DNA from: Ascidiella aspersa | Lineage: Eukaryota | Direction of reading: 5' to 3' | DNA length: 64,000 nucleotides | NCBI GenBank assembly: GCA_963924565.1 | Contig: OZ004614.1 | Location: 21,824,001 to 21,888,000, forward strand | In this document: positions 41,694 through 54,461 of the stretch, one piece after another | Layout: every line of letters starts with the position of its first letter | Position numbering within the stretch: position 1 is the first letter of the stretch | Notes under the pieces: model-generated | Database searches by the model: none | What the model was told of the DNA's origin: nothing | What the model saw: only the letters and a program-made list of their open reading frames with translations | Program-made: the position numbers and the translations under genes

Positions 41694-43604
41694 CTGGAAG
41701 TTGTACAAAAGTTTCCCTGCCAACTTTTTCAGGACAAATTAGGATGAATAAGGCGCGCCGTCGTATTCACAGGACTACATCATTTGGAATAAAGAATGTC
41801 GCGGTTTGTCGCATGAGCGATTTTGTTTATTGGAAAAAAGGAGTTTTACCTCACGCGGACCATATAGAAAACTTTACAAAAGAGAAACAACTTTTAAATA
41901 TAGCCTTCTGTCCCAAGGCCGGAAAAATTGTGTTTATTTCGAAAGCCCAAGATGATATTTTTACTTTCAATCTTATAATATCCTTGAACACTACTTGAAG
42001 AAAGCAAGATTGGCGCTTTAAATAGGCGCATAGGATTTTTGTTGCCAGTGTGCCAAACCAAAGTGAGTCAAAATAGAATTGATCGTCTGAGAAGCAAATA
42101 AACAACTTTTTCTAGAAGCGCGCATTACCTCAGGCGCAGGCAGTCAAAACAGCGTCACACTAAAGGTGCGGCCGGGTAATCTTGCGGTTACTGCAACTTA
42201 CAATTGGCCTTTTCGACGCTTTAAAATGCGTCGATTTTTTCAGCAATGCCACTAGGTTGGCCAAAATTAGAAATTAAACTGTTTTTCGGTGCCAGTGATT
42301 GGCGGCCTGGGAAGAGACGAATTTCCTGTAAGGTTCTTGGTGTAGAAAAGAAAGCATTTGATGAACCGGCGGAAGTGTTTGTCAGGTTATTTGCGTCGCG
42401 ATACAACCGACACGAATATCAAAGAGGCAAACAAAATTCAGACGTGACTCGAATGCTGCACCGAGGCAGGTGTTTTAGGGGTTACAAGGCAGGAAGTCAA
42501 ATCACGGTCGTTGGTGGTTGAATATAACGACACAGCGTTTAGGAAGCGCACGATGATTTTGGCTAATGAACCGCGCAATTAAAAAGGGCACAACAAAACG
42601 CCACCCTTGCTTTCTGATGTGACATGCCAAATCATCTAATGTGATTTGAGAAGATAAGTTAAGTTAAAATTGAAACTGCGATATGCTAAAAAGACGATGA
42701 TTTTTTGAGCTAATCTTGTTGACTTATTTTGTTATTTCATAAGAATGGCTATGTGAACGATGTATACTCCTTCAATAGAAACATTGAACAGTTTAATACC
42801 AAGAAAAGGACTTTTACCGATCAATGTTACTCTTTGCTGTTTTAGGTTTTATAATTTCAATTATCTTGCAAGTTTGGAGCGAATATTTAACTTGCGGATA
42901 TTTTCAAGTTTTAGTAGAAAGTTACCGTGACCCTGCCGCCGATTTATTTGCTGTAATAGAGTTTAATTGGTGGGCTAAAACGTTCCAGTTTTGGTTGACA
43001 GCATATGAATAATATATACGATGAAATCAATCCATCCAGTTTAAACGAGATAGATTGTGTCAGAAACAAGGTACTTTACAAGTACTAAAGACAGGTTCGT
43101 CAATAAATTACTTTAAGTGCTGTCCAATACCAGTATTTTGTACAATTACTAAAGTTTAAGACAAATTGCAAATGGGGATACAATTGTTCATCAAGTCGTT
43201 GACATTAAAATACAAGTTTCTGCGAAATGAAAAAAACTTATGCAATACTAAATAACATTCCACAAGCCAAACACCAAAAATAAAACATAAAACAGGAAAG
43301 CTGTTTTAAGAGTAAACGTTTTTTGAGGAAATGAGAAATCTAGTTAAAACCTATTAAATGACGAGTCAAGCTTACCTAATTAAAGTTGAAGGTACGACGA
43401 TTTGTCGGTAATGTCAACCAACATATCCAATTGCACCTCTTAATTTTATTCACAGTTTTGTTTTTATCATTGGTGAAAAATTTTATTTAAAAAAATGATC
43501 CTACATGTTTTAGGTGAAAACGTTTTGCTTGGGCTTGTCTTTAAGTTTTTTCAGTAAGTAGGCAACGCTGCTGTTCAACAGTCACCGCATTCAGCAGCCG
43601 CAAA

Positions 43605-46600
43605 ATGCCAAGAAGCCAAGAGCTAGTCAACGCTACAGCAACGTCAGATTTCTGGAGAAACGCTAGCGCAGCCGAGGTGGTCGTGAACACCAACAGCACG
43701 CAAATCGAAGTGCTGCAACCCAAGTACAACTCGTGGCAATGGATCGCGACGCAGATTTTGGTTTGGCTCCTCGCCAGCGTCGAGCTGTACATGCTGGTCT
43801 GTCTGCTTCTCTACGAACGAAACTTCCTCAACAAAGAGCCAAGACGGTCGTCCGGCGCCGCCGAGAGCCAGCTGTCGGATTCGAACCCAAGCCGGAAAGT
43901 TGCCGCCCGACGCTGCAAGGCAGACAAGTCGCAGACCACCAAAGTCTGGTGAGTATTCCGTTGAGATTGACAAACCTTGGCAACTTACCATTGTTTTAAT
44001 GACTTAAGTTACTGCTGTTAAACAACTTCCCTTGACCTAATTCGTTTAGGTAAAATGACTTAATGCGACTTAAGGCTGATGGACAAAGGACTTGGCTTGG
44101 ACTTAAGTCATTGAGTCAAATGACTTGGGTTAAAATTAAGTCTATTTATTTAACAATTAGTTGAAAAATTGAGGTATTTATCTATCGTTGCACGTAAAAC
44201 AATCAGATTGCTACAGGTTGTTTTTTCATAGTTTTTAGTGGACATATTGCTCAAAATCGGACGAGTTTACCAATTTTAAAGGTTTATCGTTTTATTTTGA
44301 TAACAGTGATTTGTCTTGTTTATGCTTGTTCTAATAATGACTTGAGTTGAATGGGACCTGGACTTTGTTTTCAAACTTGTTTACAATTACTGTAAGTGGC
44401 CGTTTGAGGTTTGAGTAAATGCAGCACTGCATTATAAGGTAACGTAAAACGAAAATTTGACGTATTGAATTCCTTCAATGAAATAGCTTAAAACAGTAGA
44501 AATAAAAAATCATACTGCATTAAAATTCGCAGATTACTGTGTTGCATGTTTTCAAAAGCGCGTTTTTTAGCGTATCTCGTTCGAAAACAAAATATCTTGT
44601 TCAAAACAAAGATATGACGGGATTTTAATCGGGGTTTCCCTGTATACCTATTTAAATCTTATTAAACCAGACCGGCAACAAATAAGCAATTTTGTTTGCC
44701 TATCATCTATAAAAAAGACTAGTTTGCCGAAAGCTATAAAACGTGACGTTTATTGGTTTAAAAAAATGCAATAGCATGACAAGTCCAAGCTCGTTTCAAC
44801 AGAGTTTTTTGTGTCGCTTGTCCTAAAACTTACATTTCAAATATAAATTAATATTTCGTCGCCAAGGACACAAATTTTATGGCAAGACACCAATTTACAA
44901 GCAGTAAATAAAACAAAACGCACGTGATTAAATCAGGCGTAAATCGTGACGTTCTGCAAGCAAATATGTATTGACACACACAAGGGCATATTCTTATTGA
45001 AGCTCGATAGAAAACGTTTTAAAATCGACTTAAACGGCAGGCACCGTACTTTTTTCATTATCTATCGCTTTAGTTATGGCAGAGTTTTCCAACCTGGTTG
45101 GAATTTCGAAGTTTCAAGTGGGGAATTTGAAATTTGACCAAACACGCACATTTAGTTGGGGGTGAAATATATTAATACGAGGAAGGAGCAGACCTCCCCT
45201 TCGAAATATAAATATATGTTTTTCGCAAGTAAGACAGCACTTTAAATGAAGTGTACATGATCCTTATTATTGCGTCACAATGTGATCTCTGTACTGTAGT
45301 ATTTACTACGACTGCATATTTATAATGATTTATGTGGTTACATCGATAATATCAACTTTTCTTTGAAAAAAATATCAGCAAACTAGACTAACAATTTGAT
45401 ACTTATATAGCGGCTGAAAAGCGTGTAATTGTTAAGCTGTGTTATACTCTCTTCGTTCATTGACAAATTTACAGGTGCCGTTTTGCTTTTGGTTAATACA
45501 GTTTTAAATAGCGATTTAAGAGTCCAAGGGATAAGAAACGTTGAGAACCACAAATGTATGGTTCCCGGGTTTGTATGAATAGCTTTTTCACCGAAACAAA
45601 GTAAATAATTAGCAAATATCGTCAATCGTCATTTGGTGCGCAGGATACGGCGTCTCACCATTCTCGCCTGCGCCAGCGCCCTGCTCAAATGTCTCAGCAA
45701 CGAAATAGACCTTTTCCTGGGAACAAGGAGCCAAACCGCCTGTCAGGTGTTCGGAGTCATCGCAGTCTGCGGCTACGGCGGTTCGCTCTTCTTCGTAATG
45801 TTGATCCTCTGGCTGCGCCAGTCGGCTGTTCAGAATCACAAGGCGCTTACTGGCCTGCCCGGAAAAAGAATCCGGATTTTTTGCAGCAGGTAAAACATGC
45901 GCTGTGTGTTTGATGGTCGACAGAGGCCTCGTATTGGCCTTTATTTTCATATAGTTTATTTGCCTGTTTGAAATCCCTGTGTTTTTTTATTAATGTTTAC
46001 AGTTCTTTGAAGCCTTGTGTCACCCCTCCATTGCACGAAAGTTTGTCATTTTTGTGTGTCAGCTGTCTACAGTAGACCTTGATGATTTACGGACCGCAGG
46101 TCAGGCCTGACTGCCAAGTTGAATCCGGCCTGTAGCTCATTATTCTTCCACAAAATCTTTTAAGCGATAATGAGAATTTACCTTTCTTTTCTTGATTTTA
46201 AAACATTTTATTGAATAAACTACTCTTGTAAGGAATCTTTACCTGGCCTTACCTTATAAAAGTTTGTAAAACCAAGAATATTTTCGGCTTGCATTTAAAA
46301 TCAATCAGCCTTTATGTTATGTGTGTTTTAGATACCCCTTTAAACCGACCCTTTTTGAACATTGTCTGTTTTTATGCGACTCTCTGCCCAAAAATAATTG
46401 CCCACCCATGGTTTATATCACTAGTTCTTAACCTTTTTCTTGGCACGCCCCTTTTATAACTGTTCTTTTTCCCCGCCAGACAATTATAAAGTGTCACAAC
46501 CACAACACAAACCTTTTTTTAAGGTTTGGTTTGGGTGACCGCTAAGTAGCTTTAAGAGACCGCAAGTGTTTCATTTAAATACCAAAAAGTTGCAAGTCCA

Positions 46601-47901
46601 AAGTTTGGGAAACGCCTGGAGAAATTTGGGGGACCGTTTCGGTCCCCAAAAACACCTTAAAAAAACACTGGTCACAACAAAAGCAATTTTGTATTTGTCG
46701 GTTATATATCAGTAAGGCATCTTACTATACCAAACTATTACTTACACATTAATTGCTCGTACACAAATTGCTCGTGGTCAATAATGATCTTTTATTGTAT
46801 CGAGATTATTTTTTGTCTTTCATCAAATTGTGCTCGGGAATTTGACCATGCAGTCAGACTTGGACAACCAGAAATTATATTAGAATTAAAATTAGAGCAT
46901 TTTAGTTTTCCACATAATATTAGAATTACCGAATTCCTACAAAATAAAATTTCAACTATAGAGTTTGAACTAGAATCACATTTAATTATTTACAATCATT
47001 TTGATTTAATCGCAATTTATTCTTATGAGAACGTGAATGGTAGATATGTGTGTGCTAATTTTTATGCCTAATCTTTTAGTTTGTAAAAATTACATACAAG
47101 TCGTTCAAACCAAAGAGTTTTAACTAAAATTCTGTGTTTGAACTGAGATACTAAAAACGCCGTTGGACAAAGTAGCATTTTGGCAAAATCCGAATTAGAC
47201 TAGAACTAGAATTAGAGAAAACAAGCAATTCACAAATTAGATTAGAATTAGAATTAGTAGAATTTTGCTCTAATTCACTGAATTAGAAAACTAGAATTAG
47301 CTAGTTGTCCAAGTCTGCTTACAGCTGTAGACTGAGTGCAGAGCTGCGCCAAAAAACACGTAAAAACTCCACTACTTTCTGCTCCCGCAGGTTTCTCCTG
47401 GCGCTCATGCTTCTCTTGTTCGGCGTGCTCTTCGCGCTCAACTTCGCCACCATGCGGCTCAAACCGGGACCATGGGGTTGCTTGTTCGACGACCTGGGTG
47501 AGCTCTCGCAGTCGGCACGATCCAGTAGCGGCCTTATCTTCACCGCGGTTTTCCAGCCCGCCTTTGCCGCCCTACTTCTCTATCCCTTCCTAAAGAAACT
47601 GCCGAAGACCGACGACCGTCGTTTGCCAGCGGTGAAGCGCGTGCGCCTTGTGATCAAGCGTACTCTCATCTCGCTGGCTGTGATCGTTGCCTCGGATGTC
47701 TGCTCGATCGTGGCTTCCTTTTACATGGAGGCGATGCCTGTGGTGTGGCTGGCCGCCGTCTACGACCTGAATGCCTTCGTTGGTGTCGTCTCGCTTGTCT
47801 GCTCCTATCAGGACTGGAGGCGTCGCATGCGTCTTGACAGGCTGCGCACGCCCGCCTCGCTCAGCAAAGACGCCAGCAGCGCACCCCCGGCCAGCATGTG
47901 A
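43605..47901 (+). CDS. Orphan divergent 7TM receptor, paralog 5 (inverted); 3 exons, 366 aa
   Basis: join(43605..43948,45644..45889,47391..47901). Junctions TG|GTGAGT...GCGCAG|G and AG|GTAAAA...CCGCAG|G, 1101 nt in frame. Longer N-terminus with three N-x-S/T sequons. Motifs VELY, NEID, LWLRQ, PWGC, FQP, YDLN and DWRRRM. Confidence 0.87.
46855..47317. mobile_element. MITE with TTAGAA-rich interior (copy 2), in intron 2 of receptor 5
   Basis: Perfect 14-bp TIR CAGACTTGGACAAC / GTTGTCCAAGTCTG. Confidence 0.85.
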
Positions 47902-49276
47902 CTTCTGTCTGTAAGCTGGAAACTTAGGCGTGCGTTAGGGTTAACACATACGATGTTGGCATTGTCCCCGCATCACACGATAACAATGATGCTCCCGACT
48001 TGGACAAATCTTCGAAGCTCAAACATAAAAAGTTTCTAGCCTATAATTCAAGCAATTTCATATAATGTCGCTCGTCAGAGTTTGAGCTTATACGACTCAG
48101 CGTTTCCGCATTGGCCCGAAACCGGTATCTTGGTTGTTGTTGACATTTTGGCTGGACTGTATAATTGTTTATTTGAAAACCACTTTAAAATCGTACTGAA
48201 CTATTTGTACGTTCCCTTTACGATTGAGTGTTTCGTAATATTTTAACGAACCTTTTTTGGGGGGAGTTTGCCAAAAAAACACCCATGAGATTAAATTACC
48301 CTTTAGTGTTAAACCTGCTGTAATGCTCGATGCGCTTTGACGCTTGACCGTTGACGTACATGACTAAACTACTGTGTGCCTACTAATATTAAGTGTATAT
48401 AAGATATAGATATACCTATTGTTTTTGTCTGCATTAAATTCTATTCTTCCGGTACTTTTACTTGAAGCTACAACACTAAACTACCCAAAGATTATGGCAA
48501 ATAACAAGGGAAATAACAAGTGTCAGTGTCAATGACGTGGTGATGAAATGAGCTAATTTCCTTCCTTTAAACGTGCTTAATCGCAACAGTATTTCACTTA
48601 ACCGATCAAAATAACGACATAAGCAAAAAAAAAATTATAACCTGGGCGAACTATGGACATGAATATTTATATTTTGTTAATATTGTTTTTTTCTTAAAGT
48701 GTGATTGCTGGCCAAACACAAGTTGTGTGTGAAATTTTAGATCTTTAACGTGAATTTTAGATGCCCTTTGGAAAATTGGAAATCAAAAGACAATATGTCA
48801 AACTTAAGCAGTTATGAATTTTTGATCGCATAGGAAAAGAATAGCCCCACTAATATTGACTACAAGCCATATTTTTTTGAGTATGTCTTGTAGTTTATAC
48901 CGTGAAAAAAACAGCAAGAAAGCTAGACAATTAGGTGTTAGTATGGCTGAATAATTAATCTCGATAAAAATGAATATTAAAATTTTTTTAAACAATCTCG
49001 GCGTGCCAAGTTGGCCCAGGTGAAATCATTATAGGCAATACTTCTCTCGAGCGGTTGTTTTGTAAACAGACGCTGATGAGACGCCAGGCGTCACAGATTG
49101 CTATTCACATTACGTAAGCTAAAAGCTTGTATATTTTCTCCCATTGAACATCGCCGACAATCGGAAAATGCAAAACAACTGTGACAATACAAGTTTAGTG
49201 CTGTTAAGCTTATTTTTCGTGTATGGTTGTCGGCCTTACTAATAGATGATGTTGTGATTGCTGATAACGACTATAG

Positions 49277-49702
49277 GGATCGGGAACCTTTTTAGCTAAG
49301 GGAGCCATAAAAGTCAAATATTCTTCGTTGTATTTTCATGAGAGCCATATAATTATTTTTTCTAGTTATAGATTGGCAAAAACTAATCAATTGAACATGG
49401 CCGTTTATTTTGTTCTGATTTAAATGACAGAAAAAATGCACGAAAAAAATAACGAATTTTCGTTGAGAATAGGGCCTTTTGGATATAAAGAGAAATGTGC
49501 GAAGCTCCGAAAATTTGCTACCATGTTCAATAAAAAAGGAAATAAAGTTTGGAAAGCGGTCGTGGCGCTTGCAATTTTATTCAGATCATGCTGTGAAATG
49601 ATAGCTTCGATTTATATGCAAGCAAGATTCTTTCATCAAAAGAGGCATATGGCGTCAGGAAAAGAGGCATATCTGGCTCGCGAGCCATGGGTTCCCGACC
49701 TG
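49277..49702. mobile_element. hAT-type MITE
   Basis: GGATCGGGAACC ... GGTTCCCGACCTG, flanked by GACTATAG on both sides; GAGCC subterminal motifs. Confidence 0.8.
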
Positions 49703-49754
49703 GACTATAGGAAAGTCCAATTATATCGAGAGTCGACACTCGACACCCGATACG

Positions 49755-50396
49755 CAGTGGTGGGATTCAAAATTTTTGTCAGCGGGTTCTATAACAAAAG
49801 TCATATTTTTCAGCCGGTTCTATCACAAAAGTCATATTTTTCAGCCGGTTCTATCACAAAAGTCCTATTTTTCAGCCGGTTCTATCACAAAAGTCATATT
49901 TTTCAGCCAGGTCTATCACAAAAGTCATATTTTTCAGCCGGTTCTATCACAAAAGTCATATATTTCAGCCGGTTCTGTTACAAAAAGTTATATTTTTTGG
50001 CAAATAATTAAAGTAGTTGCAATAACAGGATGCAACCCCTGGTCACAGCGAAAGGTTTGAACCGGTTAAATCCCATCACTGCGAACCGGCACACTAAAAA
50101 GCAGCAGTCGTCTCATGACTTGTACTTAGGACGCAACAATGCAATTTCCAGGCGAACTATTAATGAAAATTATTACAATTATAAAAATTTAACACTATGT
50201 TACGTGCGAACTTGAGAATTGCACATTTTGAAGAAAACACGTAAAGTACTTGGATATCAAAAATCGGTGTATCCGTCTCAGATAGATGCAAAAATCCATT
50301 GACAGTAACCAATAATGCTCACCGGTTCGCTAATCTCATAAAATTTCGTGAGACGGTTCTATAGAACCGGTGCGAACCGGCTGAATCCCACCACTG
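49755..50396. mobile_element. Young hAT-type MITE carrying an internal minisatellite
   Basis: Perfect 15-bp TIR CAGTGGTGGGATTCA; perfect TSD CCGATACG. Confidence 0.93.
49780..49997 (+). repeat. Minisatellite, 7 x 31 bp (CAGCCGGTTCTATCACAAAAGTCATATTTTT)
   Basis: Units start at 49780, 49811, 49842, 49873, 49904, 49935 and 49966, with no spacers. Confidence 0.95.
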
Positions 50397-50968
50397 CCGA
50401 TACGTATAACTGAAGATTACAAGCAATAGAATGACATCACGCGATACCAACCGCTCTCGACTGACACAACACCAAAATTAAGAAAAGGTCTGATAAAACT
50501 TTGTAGAACAATACCAGAAGACACGCAGATGATTTGATCCGACTGCCACCTTACCTAAATCTACAAAAAAATCAGTCCTAATTTCAAAATCGATAAAATC
50601 CAGCTAGAATAGGATCTAATAGAACATTAACTACAACGTATTACTACTTAAAGTCATCCTACCATTCGGGCGATTTTAAACACTTTTAATTTGAGAAACG
50701 CCAAGTGTTAAACGGTGCGCAAGACTCGCTCTATCAGTTTCACTTGGAATACAATATAACACGTGATTACCCGAGGCGAGAGCCGGTTTTATGTGACTGA
50801 TGCTTCATAAGGCCGGTATTGTAGATTTCGCTAATGTTTTGTGTAGTTATTATTATGTTTGTGTCAGATGTAAAGTAGGCTACATTATAAACAAATTGCA
50901 TAAAATAAGCGAAATGCAACTGCAGGGGTTCGTTTAAACTTATTGACAAAAGCTGCATTAATTTAAAG

Positions 50969-51918
50969 CAGGGAGTCGAAGCGGAAATGAACCGGAACTT
51001 TATGAACCGGTTTTGGGTCAATTTTTTTCGAACCGTAACCGAACCTGAACCGTTTTTTTGTAAAATTTTAAGGACCTAAACCAGAACTGAACCGCCTAAT
51101 TTGAAAGAACATGAACCTTAACCGATCCCGAACCTGTAAACAAAAGCGGTTCACTCCAGCATGACGTCACAACTTGTATTTTACAAAGTCAAATTATTCC
51201 ATGTTTAAAATTTTATGACAAAAATATGAATATTGATTAAATAAAACGTTTATTTTTTTATTTTTTAGACATTTCAATAATGAGTTGCTGGTCTTTTTAT
51301 ACGTCACGTAACTTAGCTTAAATGACTTACAATTCAAAGGTTATTGTCTATATACATTTATTGACCCACATTTTTAGATTTGTATATTTCAACAGGCGAG
51401 ACATGACCATCGTGCTATCTGAACTCCACTAAATCGAAACTATAACAAACTGTCATTGCATTTCAAATAGGGTCGCTTATAAAGTTATTATACATTCACA
51501 TAATTCAACATGGTTCGCTTTTAATAAAATAGCTTACATCTCAGTAAAAACACGTGTTGCCAGTAAGGAGTGCATTGTTGACTGGTTTTCAGTATAATTC
51601 GGATACAACTAACGTTGCAGTAAAGCGAATGGGTTGGAGATTAACTCGCCAGTTAACGAGCAGGATGCTGGGAAAAGGAAATACGCCAGAAGTTTGCAGA
51701 CCCTTAGCACACGCACAACGAACACAGTAAATAACAAATACAGACGCTGGGTCATCTACAGATAATATTGTATCCGAACCGGAACTTTATTAACCGGTTT
51801 TGAAATAACAAAGGTCGAACCGGAGCTTAACCCGGTTTAAATTGCTCGAAACCGAAGGCGGAAATAAACCGGATTCCGAAAAAATCCTTGAACCCGAATC
51901 GAAACCTTCGACTTCCTA
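50969..51918. mobile_element. Non-autonomous hAT (Ac-like) element
   Basis: CAGGGAGTCGAAG / CTTCGACTTCCTA; perfect TSD ATTTAAAG; many GAACCG subterminal repeats at both ends. Confidence 0.9.
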
Positions 51919-52469
51919 ATTTAAAGTGTTTTTTTTTATTTATATAACGATAATATAATTTGTTACCTAAGCCAAGGTCACTTTTAAACTTCACGTTTAG
52001 ATTTTACATTGTGAAGTCACATCTTGACGTAACTTTGTGACTTTACGTTGTGACTTGACGTTATCTCTGAAAAACATTCAATGTCCCCCATTATATTGAT
52101 ATGCTATGTTTTTAAATACTGCATTTGACTGAATTTTTATCAAATCGTAAAAATTGTTAGGCGACATAAATTGTCTTAACTCAGGGACTTTCCCCAGTTG
52201 CTACGCTCTAAATTTATCCTTGTCACCACAGTAAATTAAAGGTTGTTTTTTTTAATTAACTTTAATTGTATTTGTATTAAACAAACTAAATTCGAAAAAA
52301 ATGTTTTATGTATTTCGTAGCCTATTTAGAAGATTTTGCAGTCTTTTGGTAACACGTCATCCGTGTTTGTGGTTTTGTTGTTACAACCATACGTTTCCAC
52401 AACACAACGCTGTAATAATGCATACCATGTAATATCAACATCACACATGCGATGCGACGTTGCCTGCTA

Positions 52470-52650
52470 GACGCACTCGCTTTAAGCAGCGGAAACGGAA
52501 GCTTCCAGTTAATATTACTGTTTATTGCGAAGTGTTATGCAATAAACACGTGCAATATTGTATTCTAAGTGAAACTGATAGAGCTAGTTTTGCGCATACA
52601 CTTGACATTTCTCTAATTAAAAGTGTTGAAAATCGCCCGAATGGTAGGAT
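52470..52650 (+). promoter_or_regulatory. Candidate promoter and non-coding first exon for the TRPV/SLC35A unit
   Basis: CpG-rich patch with tandem ETS-like cores GCGGAAACGGAAG (52489-52501) and a possible donor ATG|GTAGGA at 52644. CpG density falls downstream (by eye). Confidence 0.3.
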
Positions 52651-52782
52651 AACTTTAAACAGGAATACGTTGTAATTACTGTTTTATCAGATCTTATTCC
52701 AGCTGGATTTAATTGATTTTGAAATTAGGACTGAAAAATTTTTTTTTTTGGTAAGGTGGCAGTCGGGTCAAATCAGTTTATA

Positions 52783-52998
52783 ACAGGTAACACTAATTTA
52801 CGGAATGATGAATGGTCGGAACGCTCCCAGTAGTATTATTAAATATAATAACACTTGACCCACCTTCTCCCAAACGCTAACCCCCACCCTAACTCAAATA
52901 TTGTGCATTGGTATAATAATTGTTTCAATTTAACGGGGTAACACTCAATTTAGTGAGCGTTCCGACCATTCATCATTCCGTAAATTAGTATTACCCGT
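52783..52998. mobile_element. Foldback MITE with ~45-bp TIRs
   Basis: ACAGGTAACACTAATTTACGGAATGATGAATGGTCGGAACGCTC is inverted at about 52956-52998, with a CTAACCC-like core. Related palindromic core near 54018-54108. Confidence 0.85.
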
Positions 52999-53220
52999 TT
53001 ACATCTGTCAAACGATTAGATTAAGAAAGTAATAAATTGCTAACCTTTAAGTTAGAAAAGCATTGTTAATAACTATACATACATTCATATAATGCAGTTT
53101 TCTGCTTGTTGTTATTTAATAACTTTGTCATTTGTTATGTACCCCTAACCATTGGATTTTGTGCTCTGTTGCTAGTAAGCTAAACAATTTAGGAATTTAT
53201 ATATCTGAGTTGGTCTAAAC

Positions 53221-53610
53221 CAGGGGTAGGCAACCTTTTTAACAAAAGGGCCAGTTAGGAAATGTGATGCTTACAGGAGGGCCGCAAACTAATTCATATT
53301 TCTAGATTTTACTACAAAAATTAATGAGCCACCAGGCTGCAACTCAGCAGTTTTGTCAGCACAAGTGTCAACTTGACACAAGTAAAAATTTATAAATGAA
53401 GATTGTTTTGTAATAGATGCTCCCCATTCGAGTTCAACTGCATTAGTGTAGCGGTGTAGCCTATGGCTTACATCGCACTTCAAACAGGAAACTGATCGAG
53501 CCAAAGTCTCAACATGGTGCACATTCATAGCCTTATTTGGGGAAAAATAACTGAAAAGAGGTGAAGGGCCGCACAAAAAATGGAAAAGGGCCGCACATTT
53601 CCCATCCCTG
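53221..53610. mobile_element. hAT-type MITE
   Basis: CAGGGGTAGGCAAC ... TTTCCCATCCCTG; perfect TSD GTCTAAAC; GGGCCGCA subterminal motifs. Confidence 0.88.
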
Positions 53611-54461
53611 GTCTAAACTCTTGCCAATTTTGTGATCGTATAACAAACGGCCATAAAGCGGATCATTTTACATTTTTAGTCACAGTTTGAGGCACTAGTC
53701 TAGAATCTTACCAAAGCGTTTAGACAGTTATTCAATTCACATACAATATTTGGGTTAAACAAATAAAAAACTCAGAGTTTATAAACCTGTGTAAAACCAG
53801 GATTAGACATTCTGTTAAAGAAATATATATTTCGCCTATACTGGCAACATCAGTTACTGTAAGTAAAATACATATACATTGCAAAGTAATAACAAAATTA
53901 ATAAAAAGTCAAAAACATTTAAAAGCAATATAGATTAATTAAAAGTGTAAAAACAAAACATTTGGCTGATTGAAGAAAAGTATGGCTTTCTGAAACGTGA
54001 TTTTATGCAAAGCTTATTAGGGTTAGCATTTGGGTTGGGGTGGATCAAGTATGGTTGTACTTGATATTTAATAATAGTGTTTAACCCACCCAAACACTAA
54101 CCCTAACCCAGATCATATGCCTTGTGGTAGGATTCTAGACCAGCTCCCTGTTTGAGGCTATATAATGTCTTGCGAGAAAAACTAAGCAACTGTTTGTTTA
54201 TCTTAATAGTGATAACCAACTTTATTATCTGGTACTGCCAATTATGTGGGACTGTTGCTAGATAATATAAGACTTTTAATGAACGTTTTTTTTTTTTTTT
54301 TGAATCAGTTTAACAAATGATCAAAATATTTACCCTAATTCAAAATGAATCTACAAAAGTCTTGGAACAAGTTTTTCTATCGAAACCCCAAAGGAAAAGT
54401 TAACAATGATACCGTATGAAAACAGCAAAATGAACAAGCTAAAAATAATGATGTGTACAAA

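Noticed and set aside
49780-49997. 31-bp repeats as a CRISPR array, and ORFs 49424..50011 and 49776..50060 as genes
   Set aside because: The units are head-to-tail with no unique spacers, the context is eukaryotic, and the array lies inside a MITE. The ORFs are repeat read-through.
54417-54419. TGA as selenocysteine
   Set aside because: No SECIS recognised in the 3' region, and TRPV channels are not known selenoproteins.
54414-54425. 12-nt GT...AG micro-intron that would remove the TRPV in-frame stop
   Set aside because: GTATGAAAACAG preserves the frame but is far below any plausible spliceosomal intron length.
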